A stretch of DNA of 52,578 nt from a virus. Lineage: Duplodnaviria; Caudoviricetes. Location of the stretch: positions 1 through 52,578 of the IMG/VR virus record IMGVR_UViG_3300022918_000015; one strand, 5' to 3'. How positions within the stretch are numbered: the first letter of the stretch is position 1; each line of letters opens with the position of its first letter. This document shows positions 1-10,600 of the stretch, piece by piece. Under the pieces are notes generated by a model, which searched no databases, was not told the origin of the DNA, and saw only the letters and a program-made list of their open reading frames with translations. Position numbers and translations under genes: made by a program.

Positions 1-810
1 CAACAACCAGTTTTAGTTGGTAAGGAAAATAATTTAAATACAAATAATTTTATTAAAACAATTAAAGTGCCTGGATTAAATCAAGACTTCACTATTAATG
101 AAGATAGTATATTTAACTTGTCTAAAATGTATGAGGATTTTGATTCAGCAACTGATAATCTAAACTCAGAAACTATTGATTTGTTTAAAAAAGAATTAGA
201 AGAAGGAAATTTAAGTGAAAATATAAAAATACAAGGAGATGAAACTTTAGTTAGTGAAGAAGACGAATTGAGTGAACAAGAAACTGCCGACGAAGAGGTA
301 AGAAAACTATTGAAATCAATTGGAGGATTAGACAATAAAAAAGCTAATAAGAAAACAACTAATGAAGAACCGCCTGAAATTAAACCTCCAGGAAATAGTC
401 TGGGAGGGTTATTAGCGGGAGATAGTTTTAATCCTGATTACATTCCTGATTATAATCCAAAGCAAAATAAAATACAAAATTTAATGATAGACAATACTGA
501 AGACGAAATGGATGATAGCTCTAGTAATAATTATGTAGAAACTTTATCACATACAGATGAAGACGAAATACTTGATAATAAAAGCATATTAGATTCCAGA
601 TTGAAAAGATATGTTGAAAAACTAGAGTCTGGAAAACTATCTAAGGAAAAAATAAAATCAAGTTTTGACGATTTTAATGCTAACACTTATGAGAAATTAA
701 TACAATTAATAAATATTCTTTATAGTGATAATTTAGATAATGCAAATAAATTTATTACATTTGCAAATAAAATTTACAATAAACCAGAAGATAATAATAA
801 AAACTGTTAA
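1..810 (+). CDS. 3' part of a large virion/ejection protein (5' end outside window)
   Basis: Frame 1 is open from base 1 to TAA at 808-810, so the GTG start at 67 is not the real start. Acidic linker-rich sequence; TAATG overlap with the RNAP gene; the ejection-protein call rests on position. Confidence 0.7.
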   Translation, partial: QQPVLVGKENNLNTNNFIKTIKVPGLNQDFTINEDSIFNLSKMYEDFDSATDNLNSETIDLFKKELEEGNLSENIKIQGDETLVSEEDELSEQETADEEVRKLLKSIGGLDNKKANKKTTNEEPPEIKPPGNSLGGLLAGDSFNPDYIPDYNPKQNKIQNLMIDNTEDEMDDSSSNNYVETLSHTDEDEILDNKSILDSRLKRYVEKLESGKLSKEKIKSSFDDFNANTYEKLIQLINILYSDNLDNANKFITFANKIYNKPEDNNKNC

Positions 811-3800
811 TGGCACAAATACACTGTAAAGGAAGTTTTCCACAAGGAAGATTAGAAATAGACAAAGAATCAATACTACATAGTAAATTATTAGAATTAT
901 TTCCTCAGCAAAATAAAAAAAATAAAGAAGGAGGAAGTATATTATATGATAGTTTATTTTCTGACTCTTTTAAAGTTTTCATTGGAGGAGACTGGACTAA
1001 TAAAGATCCTAAATCTAAAGATTATAAATACTTTGAAGCTAATCCTGGGTTATTAAATACTCAGGATGAGCCAAAGTTAATTTCTATGTCTGGTAGTCAT
1101 TATTTCGTTAATGCAAAGCAAGAAAGATATTTTATTAATCAAAGAACATTATCTGCCACAGATAAGATAGAAACAATTAATTCATTATCTCTTAAATATA
1201 TTCAGAAAACACAAAATGAAAAAGATTCAGTTGAATTAAAAGCATTTGTTATAAAAGAGCTTGAAGAAAGATATGCAACTATGGATAGTGCTTATAATCA
1301 ATTAGAATCTGATTTAGAAGATGAAATAGATGATTTAGAGGAAGATGAAATCTTAATTAGAGAAAATCAATTAAGAGTTCTTAAAAAATCTATGAAATCT
1401 ATTAAAAAAGACATTTTAGATAATAAAAAATCTCTTGACGGAATAATTAAAATTATACAAAACAATTTAAACGATTTTAATTTAAAGTATATAGATGAAG
1501 CTGATGTAAAAGAAGATGATGATGAAATAAATACTAACAGCGAAATAGGTAATTTTACTAAAGAAGGATCTGAAGTGCGAGACACAAATAATATAGACGC
1601 TGAATTAAAATCTATATTAGCTTCTATTCCAGATTACATAGTAGATGTAGATAATACAGAAACGCCTAAAACAAGTAAACTTTTAATGCTTCCTATGGCT
1701 AGACCAGCCAATGAAGTTAAAAACAGAATAGTAGAAACTCTCAGCAATATAATAGAACTTGAATTAACTGAATCTAATTATATTCAAGATCCATATGATT
1801 TGATGATTGCTAAACTTCAAGAAACATCAAATGAAAATGACGATTCTATTTCGAGAGATTTCTTAGCTAAAATAGAAAGAATATATAATTCAAAAAAAAC
1901 TAAGCTAGATAAGGAGGCTTTTAAAACTAAATTTGTAACAAGTTTTTATAAAGCTCAAAATGTATTTACTATAAGTGAAATAAACGAAAAAGACGGTAAA
2001 TTAACTTTACGTCATATTGATCCAGCTAGCTCTCAAGACAAAGAAGCTTTTATTGGTAATGAATTTGTACGCAATATTTTTAACAAATTTGATTATTCTT
2101 CAGATAATATAAAAAACTCAGAAGACTACAAAGAAGCTAGAAAACTATTGGTAAACTTTAAAACTAAAAACGATATAGTAAAAGGACTTGCAAAACTTGA
2201 TATAAATTTAAACTACAAAACAGTAAATCAATTATATAACAATAGAGAAAATGTTTTTTATAAAATAAGATTAGATAAAAACTTGTCATTACAAGACCTA
2301 TTTAAAAGCATTTTTGAGCAAGAAATTAAATTTAATGATAACGAAGCTGCTGATGATAAGAAAGTCTCTTCAAAGGGCTTAAAATCGATTATAGAGGCAT
2401 ATTCTAAAAGCGATAATGGAACACAAAAAAACATAGTAAGAGCATTGCTTGATAAAGATTTATTTACGCCTTTTAATATTATTGCAAAATATGAGGCTAT
2501 AAATAAAACTGATTTAAGTGATAGTAGTTTGTTTGTTGGTAATAAGCAACGCTGGATGTACAGTTTAGTTTCTGGATTAAATAAAGAAATATTAAATTGG
2601 AAATCTGGTAATTTAACTAGTTTAAAAAATAAATCACATAAAAATCTAATATTTGTTGATTATCTTCTAGATTTAGATAATGTCAAAAAAGGACTGTACG
2701 CTGAGAATTCAAATAAAAATATAGCTGAAAGAAATAGGAGAATATCTAACTTAAAATTAATTATAAATTCAGAACTTAAGTCAACAGGAGATGCCAATCC
2801 TATTCAACACAAAGAAATAGGTGAAGCTGATTTAAATATGGATATCTTCTTTAAGATGTTTAATGATAGAGATGAAATATATACTACTCTAGAAAAAAGT
2901 CAGAATTCACAAAAACAAGAGGCTCTTTCAAGTGATATGAAAGTAATATTTCCTTATTTATTTAGTGCTGATAAATCTGGTAGTTACAGTATGAAAGGAT
3001 TTAGTTCTTTTGAAAATTCAGTTATATTAGACTCAAACGATGAATTAACTTCTTTAGGAGAGGGAAATCAAAAAGTAATTAAAAATTATTTACTTGGAGA
3101 ATTTGAAGTACTAAAAAGAAATAGTGATTTAATTCAAGGATATTTAAATAAAACTACAGCTAAGCAAAAGCAAGATTATTTAATGAAGTATCTGATTCCT
3201 GATTTCCATTACGCAACTAAGTTTAAAAACACAAACGGCAACACTTTAACTTATAACGTAGAAAATGATACTATAACGGAAACCGATAAAGATGATAATT
3301 TTATATCAGAGACTAAAGCAAAAGGATTGAATTCTAATTTTATTAATTCTGGTTCTTGGAATCGTTGGGGATTTTTTAATAGCATATATGAAAAAAATAG
3401 ATCCGAATTTGATTTACTATATAAATTTCAAGAAGGAGTTAAATTAGCAGATCCTAGTCAAGAATCTCATATTGAAGATGTATTATTTAAACTAGCTGAA
3501 GAAGAATTTATGGATGTAGCTAGAGAAAATAAATCATATTTTGATTCAATGATCATTGTCGATAAATTTGGAAACAAAAAATCACTATTTGAAGTAGATA
3601 CTAACATAGAAACATCTAGATTAAAAACAACTCCGTATAATTATGCGATTGCAAGTATTTTTAATAATCTTGAAATGTTTAATTTATTTAATGGAGATTT
3701 AGCATTTTATAAACAAAAAGGAGATAAACTCTCTATGGAAGATGCTTTAAAACGTGGTCCTGCAATTCTAACAGATGGTTTATATATACGTCAAGCATCA

Positions 3801-6800
3801 GTTCCTAATAATCAAAAATATACTACTTTTAATAAAGAAATATTAATTGTAGATAAAAATAGATATGCCACAACAGCAGTTTTAAATGTTCTTGAAAATG
3901 ACATTAGTAAATTTGCTGAACAAATAAAAAAAGGAACTGGTAATAATACTTTAAATTATGGACATGAAATAGCAGATGCTCAAGGTTATATTACTCTTGA
4001 TTTCTATAAAAGAATTATATCTGGAACATACGGTTGGTCAAGCAAAGATAACGCTATATTTGAACGATTAAAAGATAAATCACATAAATATACCGATGAG
4101 GATATTAAATGGCTTAAATCGGCTGGTAGAAGCTTACAAGCCCTTAAATTAACTGGATTCAACCTCGAAGATATTCTAGACGAAAAAGATAATGTTATTG
4201 GTCAATTTCCAGTATATTTAAAATACTCAACAGCAGTATTAGCTCCAGCTATTATTGGAGGAACTGATTTAGAGAAATTAGTTAATCAAATGCAGATTCA
4301 AAATGTTGATCAGGTATTGTTTAAGTCAGGCTCTAAAGCATCTAACAAGCCAGCCACCACTATTTTCAATAAAGATGAAAATGGAATATTTACTGGCCTT
4401 AAAGATGATATGAATTTAAATCCATTTTTATTTAATTTATCAGGATTAAAACTACAAGTAGAATTACCAACTAAATTTGATCATGATGGAGTATTAGGTA
4501 ATCAGCATTTAAAAAACTTAATTGCTAATTTAGACTTAACTGATACAACTACTAAATATAAATGGAGAGATCAAGAATTTACAGCTAGTGAATTACAGAA
4601 TGAATATGATAACACCGTTAAAACAAATCTTCAATATCAATTAAATAATTTTATTGAAAAAATACAAATTAAAGATAAAACATTTGACCAAACTAAATTA
4701 AGAGAATTAATAGTAGATCAACTTGATGAAACAGCAGATGAAGATTTAATTGATATTTTACTAGATACAAGTTTACCACTTGAAACTATACCGGGTATAG
4801 CTCAAAGAGCTTTTCCCATTATATCTAGTTATATACATAAACACGTAGGAAAAGTTAGAACTAATGCTGGTTCTGCTATTCAAGTAGCTAATATAGGTTT
4901 TGACAGAATAGATAGTCCAGATGCCAATCAAATAGTATATCTTACAGAAGATAAAGAACTAAGACCTCCATTGTTAGTTACTAATACAGATGGTTCTAAG
5001 TCTATATCTAAAGCAAGAATCATGATGCCTTTTAGTTCTATTTACGAACAAACAGGTATGAGTTACGAAGATTTTAGAAAAGCATTTGCTTCAGGCAAAA
5101 TAGATAAAAGAATATTTGAAAACATTATAGGTTATCGTATTCCAAATCAAAGTATTTCATCTAATGACAGTATTGAAGTAGTTGGAATATTACCTCCAAG
5201 TATGGGAGATACGGCAATTGTGTATCATGAGATTACGGCTAAAACAGGTAGTGACTTTGATATCGATAAGATGTACTTGATGATGCCTAATTTCAAAATA
5301 GAAGAAAATGGTGAAATCAATTATATTGATGATGTTGAAACGCATAAAGGTCAACAGAATAAATTAATAGAATTGATGTCTAGTATTTTAACTAACACTA
5401 AAACATATGACGATTTAATCTCGCCGCTAGATAGCGATATACAAAAAGATGCGATTAATGAAGTCTTATACATTAAATCTATTTTAAATACAGAAGATTT
5501 TGAAGAGGAATTTAATAAATTTAAATCATTAAAAGGAAAATATAAAACTAAGTTTTTAAAATCATTCTCAGAAAAAAGAAAACTAGATCCTATTAGACAA
5601 TTATCACCAATGGGATTAGTTAAATCCAGAGTAGACATGTTGCAAGCTAAAAAACTAGTAGCAACTATGGCAAATCATATGACTGATATTCCTATGAGTC
5701 AAATAACAAATCAAGTATTTAAATATGATCTTAAAATAGATAGTTTTGAATTTAATAAAATGTTTACTTTAGGGCATGAAAATAACAATGAATACAAACT
5801 AACCAAAATAGTCAGTTACTTGATGAATGCTGCGGTGGATGCTGCGAAAGATAATTATATAATTGAGGGTAATTTCAATAGCTATACAGCTAACGGAGCT
5901 ATGCTAATGATTAGACTTGGTATAGAACCGGTAAATGTATTTAAAGTATTACTTAACGATGACGTATTAAAGCTTTCTAAAATGAAACAAATGCAGACTC
6001 AGAAAGTGGCTAGAATACAAGTAGATGATTACAAACAATCTTTACTTAATGAGTATTCAAGAGAATTAGTTAGTAATTTGCAAGAAAACAAAATAAACTT
6101 TAATGATTTCATACAAAAAAATGAAGATTTTAATTCTAAATTAGTATTAGGATTTTGGAATATAATTCAACTTGCAGGTAAAGAATTAAATAATGACATC
6201 GTCAGCTCTAAGAGTGATAGTAATGGAGCTGGTAAGAATATAGCTGAACATTCTACTCTGTATAATAGAATGGAAAGATTGTCTAAAGAATCAATTGGAA
6301 GTAATATAAATGAAAATTTTGTAAGAGGTAGAAAATTATTCAAATCAGGATTAGATTTAAATAATATAGAATTTAGACCTGAAATTACAGATGATATGAC
6401 ATTCTTAGGGGCTATGATGAATAATAGTTTATTCTTGACTAACTTTATAGCTAAAGAAATGTTTGTTGAAGCTACAGATAATTATAGATACATAGTAAAT
6501 AGAATATCAAACCAACTAGGTGAGCCTTTGCCAATTGCTGCTGACAATATAAAGTTAATAAGCAATCATGTCTATCCATATGTAATGTCTCAATCAGGAC
6601 ATGCATTATATAACATAGAAGAAGATCAAGTTGATTATATGACTAAAGAATTTTTATCTGAAGTAATAAGCAAAAAAGCTGCATTTCCAGATAACCTTAT
6701 GTTAAAGCAATTGTACGTAGATGCAAGTACTAATTTAATATCATTTCCAAATTATAAATATTTCGATACTAACTCTAAAATATTACTTAGAGAAGCAATG

Positions 6801-7637
6801 GAAGAGTTATATAATCAAAAAGATTTAAAAGGCAATCCAACGGGAGTAGAATTTATTCATAAACTAGTTCAATATGCCTTTTTAACTACTGGTTTTAAAC
6901 CAACTTATTTTAACATGAATGAGTTTTTACCGAAGAGTTATTTTTTAAATACTGGTCATGGTTATTTTATGAATAATTTGATAAACAGAATGAACGATGG
7001 ATATAGTGAGTTTATAGAAGATGAAAGTATTGAGAAAATGATGACATTCATGAGTATCAACAATGAGTCTAATTATAAAATAGTAGCTAATATAGAGAAA
7101 CCAGAGGGATTAATTTCAAACAAACCTATCACTAATCAGAAAATGGTTGGTAAGGTAACAATAACTGACACTAATAATTTCTATCCATTCTTTAAAAATA
7201 CTGTTTATAAAAATAATAAGATTAAAGAAAATTTATATATGCTAACTAATATATCTGATGAATTAAATGCAAAAAAAGAATTAATCAGGGTTCCTACTTA
7301 TTCTTTAATTAACTCTAATTCAGAAGAAGTGGATACAGAGAGAAACAATAAGTTAAGAAAGAAAACTAAAGTAAAGCTATTTGATTTAAATACAATAAGA
7401 CCAGAAAACTTATTTAGAGGAGAATCTCGAAATAAAAAGCTATATTTGCAATCTGAAATAGAATATACTTCAGAATTGGCTAATATATTTAAAGATAATA
7501 ACTGGACTGTATTAAATGACGATCTAGATTTACAAAAAGCAAAAAATATGCAAGAAGATAATTTCTACGGAAGAACTGAAGAAGAATGGAATGCTCTATC
7601 TAAAAAACAACAAGATAAAATAAAAGAATGTAACTAA
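810..7637 (+). CDS. Virion-packaged single-chain two-barrel RNA polymerase (crAss-like, phi14:2 gp66 type)
   Basis: 2275 aa; catalytic KTGSDFDIDK (DxDxD, nt 5253-5267) preceded by GYRIPNQ; also ADAQGY, LKYS, SGSK and AVDAAKD motifs typical of this family. Confidence 0.9.
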   Translation: MAQIHCKGSFPQGRLEIDKESILHSKLLELFPQQNKKNKEGGSILYDSLFSDSFKVFIGGDWTNKDPKSKDYKYFEANPGLLNTQDEPKLISMSGSHYFVNAKQERYFINQRTLSATDKIETINSLSLKYIQKTQNEKDSVELKAFVIKELEERYATMDSAYNQLESDLEDEIDDLEEDEILIRENQLRVLKKSMKSIKKDILDNKKSLDGIIKIIQNNLNDFNLKYIDEADVKEDDDEINTNSEIGNFTKEGSEVRDTNNIDAELKSILASIPDYIVDVDNTETPKTSKLLMLPMARPANEVKNRIVETLSNIIELELTESNYIQDPYDLMIAKLQETSNENDDSISRDFLAKIERIYNSKKTKLDKEAFKTKFVTSFYKAQNVFTISEINEKDGKLTLRHIDPASSQDKEAFIGNEFVRNIFNKFDYSSDNIKNSEDYKEARKLLVNFKTKNDIVKGLAKLDINLNYKTVNQLYNNRENVFYKIRLDKNLSLQDLFKSIFEQEIKFNDNEAADDKKVSSKGLKSIIEAYSKSDNGTQKNIVRALLDKDLFTPFNIIAKYEAINKTDLSDSSLFVGNKQRWMYSLVSGLNKEILNWKSGNLTSLKNKSHKNLIFVDYLLDLDNVKKGLYAENSNKNIAERNRRISNLKLIINSELKSTGDANPIQHKEIGEADLNMDIFFKMFNDRDEIYTTLEKSQNSQKQEALSSDMKVIFPYLFSADKSGSYSMKGFSSFENSVILDSNDELTSLGEGNQKVIKNYLLGEFEVLKRNSDLIQGYLNKTTAKQKQDYLMKYLIPDFHYATKFKNTNGNTLTYNVENDTITETDKDDNFISETKAKGLNSNFINSGSWNRWGFFNSIYEKNRSEFDLLYKFQEGVKLADPSQESHIEDVLFKLAEEEFMDVARENKSYFDSMIIVDKFGNKKSLFEVDTNIETSRLKTTPYNYAIASIFNNLEMFNLFNGDLAFYKQKGDKLSMEDALKRGPAILTDGLYIRQASVPNNQKYTTFNKEILIVDKNRYATTAVLNVLENDISKFAEQIKKGTGNNTLNYGHEIADAQGYITLDFYKRIISGTYGWSSKDNAIFERLKDKSHKYTDEDIKWLKSAGRSLQALKLTGFNLEDILDEKDNVIGQFPVYLKYSTAVLAPAIIGGTDLEKLVNQMQIQNVDQVLFKSGSKASNKPATTIFNKDENGIFTGLKDDMNLNPFLFNLSGLKLQVELPTKFDHDGVLGNQHLKNLIANLDLTDTTTKYKWRDQEFTASELQNEYDNTVKTNLQYQLNNFIEKIQIKDKTFDQTKLRELIVDQLDETADEDLIDILLDTSLPLETIPGIAQRAFPIISSYIHKHVGKVRTNAGSAIQVANIGFDRIDSPDANQIVYLTEDKELRPPLLVTNTDGSKSISKARIMMPFSSIYEQTGMSYEDFRKAFASGKIDKRIFENIIGYRIPNQSISSNDSIEVVGILPPSMGDTAIVYHEITAKTGSDFDIDKMYLMMPNFKIEENGEINYIDDVETHKGQQNKLIELMSSILTNTKTYDDLISPLDSDIQKDAINEVLYIKSILNTEDFEEEFNKFKSLKGKYKTKFLKSFSEKRKLDPIRQLSPMGLVKSRVDMLQAKKLVATMANHMTDIPMSQITNQVFKYDLKIDSFEFNKMFTLGHENNNEYKLTKIVSYLMNAAVDAAKDNYIIEGNFNSYTANGAMLMIRLGIEPVNVFKVLLNDDVLKLSKMKQMQTQKVARIQVDDYKQSLLNEYSRELVSNLQENKINFNDFIQKNEDFNSKLVLGFWNIIQLAGKELNNDIVSSKSDSNGAGKNIAEHSTLYNRMERLSKESIGSNINENFVRGRKLFKSGLDLNNIEFRPEITDDMTFLGAMMNNSLFLTNFIAKEMFVEATDNYRYIVNRISNQLGEPLPIAADNIKLISNHVYPYVMSQSGHALYNIEEDQVDYMTKEFLSEVISKKAAFPDNLMLKQLYVDASTNLISFPNYKYFDTNSKILLREAMEELYNQKDLKGNPTGVEFIHKLVQYAFLTTGFKPTYFNMNEFLPKSYFLNTGHGYFMNNLINRMNDGYSEFIEDESIEKMMTFMSINNESNYKIVANIEKPEGLISNKPITNQKMVGKVTITDTNNFYPFFKNTVYKNNKIKENLYMLTNISDELNAKKELIRVPTYSLINSNSEEVDTERNNKLRKKTKVKLFDLNTIRPENLFRGESRNKKLYLQSEIEYTSELANIFKDNNWTVLNDDLDLQKAKNMQEDNFYGRTEEEWNALSKKQQDKIKECN

Positions 7638-10600
7638 TGGCAGGAACATGTGTAAATAAATCAAGTGCTGAATTCATAGCATTAAAAGAACAAACAGGAA
7701 TAGATGAAGTTTTATTGGCAGCAAATGTTAGTATTTGGCAAGACGAAAACGGAATAGATAAATTTCCTACAGAAGAAGAGTTAAATAGTTTTTCTACAGA
7801 AGATGAAATATTATTCAATCAATATACTTCTACAGAAGATGCTATACAAAAATTCTATTCAACTAAAAGCGATAATAATACTTTATCTAGAAAACTTAAT
7901 TTAAATCTATCTGACAGAAGTGAAGATAGTATTAATATTACAGAACGCAAAATAGAAATATTAAAACAATCTTTAAATGCTGAGGTTTTAATAGATGCCA
8001 GTATTCCAGATTCAGGTCAGTTATTACCGGCTAATCATCCATTATCAAAAAGATATGGAAAACCTGTTATTGTAATAAATCCAAACAAGCTATTTTCAGA
8101 CACTGTAATTCACGAATTTGGACATTTGTATATTGACTTACTTAAAGAAGACGATGGTGTCTTAAATCAAGCGTATGGCTTGCTACGCAACACCGAATTC
8201 TACAGTAATATAGCAGCAGAATATCCAGAGTTAAGTTTAGTTGATTTAGATAAAGAGGTGTTAGCTACTGCAATAGGAATTGAGGGAGATAGAATATTTA
8301 ATAGAGATTTGCAGGATTTGTCTAATTGGCAAAAATTGAAAAACTGGATTTTAAATAAACTATCTTCTATATTCTCTGTTCAACCAAATGCTATTGAAAA
8401 ACTAGCAACTGAATTGCTTTCAAATCAAGTTAGAGTTTCCGGTGTTGAAAATTATAATACCATTATTACTCAAAGATCTAAATATAAAATAGATTCTGCT
8501 AGTTCTAATAAACAGCAAGATGTATTAGATTTATTTAAAAAATTAACTAAAGATTTTACAAAACAAACTGTTGATAATGAAAATATCTATATTGACAAAG
8601 AAGGAAATATTCACAATAATTCAGTAACCAAGAATATTAAACAATATCAAAGACGTTTTAACTCAAAAGATAAGGGTGATTATGAAATGGTATTTGACAG
8701 AACCTTATTTAATGTAGATAACATTGAATTTCAGTTAAATCAACCTAGAGTTCCAATGGCATTAACACGTGCGTTGAATGACTTTATGAATGAAAGAATA
8801 GTTTCTATTAGTTTTACTAAAGATGTTTCTGATAAAAACTGGTACGATGCTTATACAAGAGAAATTATAGAAGATGCAACTGGTGAAGTAGATGAAGTTC
8901 AACAAATGGAAGCTAATTTACTTTCTTCTCAAACAGGAGGAGCTATAACATTTAAAGCTAATATATTAAAACATTTAGATTTAATTTTAAATAGAGCTGA
9001 AGAATATCAGTTATCAGCTAATCAAAGACCTATTGTTGGACAGATAATTCACAATGCTTTAGAGAATTACATTAACGAAGAAACTCCATTTCCAAGCAAT
9101 ATATCAGATGAAGATAATGCATTATTAAATTCTATTAAAAATATAATAGATACAGGTATAGCTAATGGTAGTAGATTTGTTACTGAACAAATATTATATT
9201 CAGAAAATAAACAGATTCCAGGAACAGCAGATTTAATTGAAATAACAAAATCTGGTGAAGCTATTATTTATGATTTCAAAACAGTTAATAGTTTCTCAGG
9301 AAAAGATAAAGGAAATGAATATGAGAAAAAACCTCAATCACTTTATTTTGATAAAGGCTATATTCATCAACTACTTTCTTATGGAGCTATATTAAATCAA
9401 TACGATATTAATCTGGCAGATGATCCATATCATATTTTAATGGCTGAAGTTAAGTACTCTAACATAGAAGATTTAGATTCTACTATAACAATAGGTGAAG
9501 TTAGAAATACTTCAATGAGTTCTAAAGAATTATTACCTTTATTAAACTCAGCTAAAACAGCTATATTTAATGAATTTGCAACTAGTTCAGAACTAGAACA
9601 TATTAATATTAAGCCAGATATTCAGAATTTAAATGACTTATCTGAAAAAATTAATAGTGTTATTTCTATATATAAAAGACGAACTAGAAATATAGCAAGT
9701 AATCTTGACACGAGAGACATTGATCAAATACAAAAAGATTTAATTAAAAATCAAGATATAGAAGCAGATATTAATAAATACATTGCAAAAAATAACGAAG
9801 TAATTATTAACTCTTATGTAGATAACTTGTACAATTCATTATCTATTTTAGAACAACAAAAAGAATATATAGGAGAAGTTCCTACACCTGAATTTTTACA
9901 AAGCTTAAATTATGTATTACAATCTACTGAAGCTTTAGAAGATATAAAGAAAATACTTAGTGAAAATATTCCTTTTGAAGATAAAGATAAGTTATTAAAA
10001 ACCATAAATAAAACATTAAAAATAGTTGAAGAAAACAAAAAATACTATAAACAAAAACTACAACGTTTATCTATATCTCAACTTACTGAGAATAGTAATT
10101 TAATGCAAGGGTTATATGCTGAAAAATATCAAAGAGAAGCTAAAAAATTAGGAAAGAAAACTAAAGAAGAAATAACACTATATATAGAGCAAGAGTTAAA
10201 GAAAAATGAAACCATAATAAAAGTAAAAGAAATTCAATATTGGACCAAACAATATGAGGACGGATTTGCTGACTTAAGATTTCTTGAATACTTAATAGCG
10301 GATCCAGGTATGTCTAAATCTCAATTCGTTCAGTTAACTAAAAATATTTTAGATAAAGCAGATCAATCTACCAGAAATAAAATGATGGATGTTATTCCAG
10401 ATATAGCAAACTGGTACAATAATATTTCTTACGAAAAAACTGGAGATCCAAGAAAAGTGTGGGATAGGTTTCTAGAGAAAAATGCTAAAAACGACAATAA
10501 ACCAACAGGAGCGGTTATACCTGAATTTACAAGTAAATTTAGAGAAATGTTTCTTCAATATAGTTATCAATTAAAAGCACTATATAGAGAACTTAATAAA

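Noticed and set aside
81-7818. Short - strand ORFs at 81-335, 1367-1585, 5351-5638 and 7600-7818
   Set aside because: Antisense shadows of the giant + strand genes, with Ser/Leu/Phe-rich composition.
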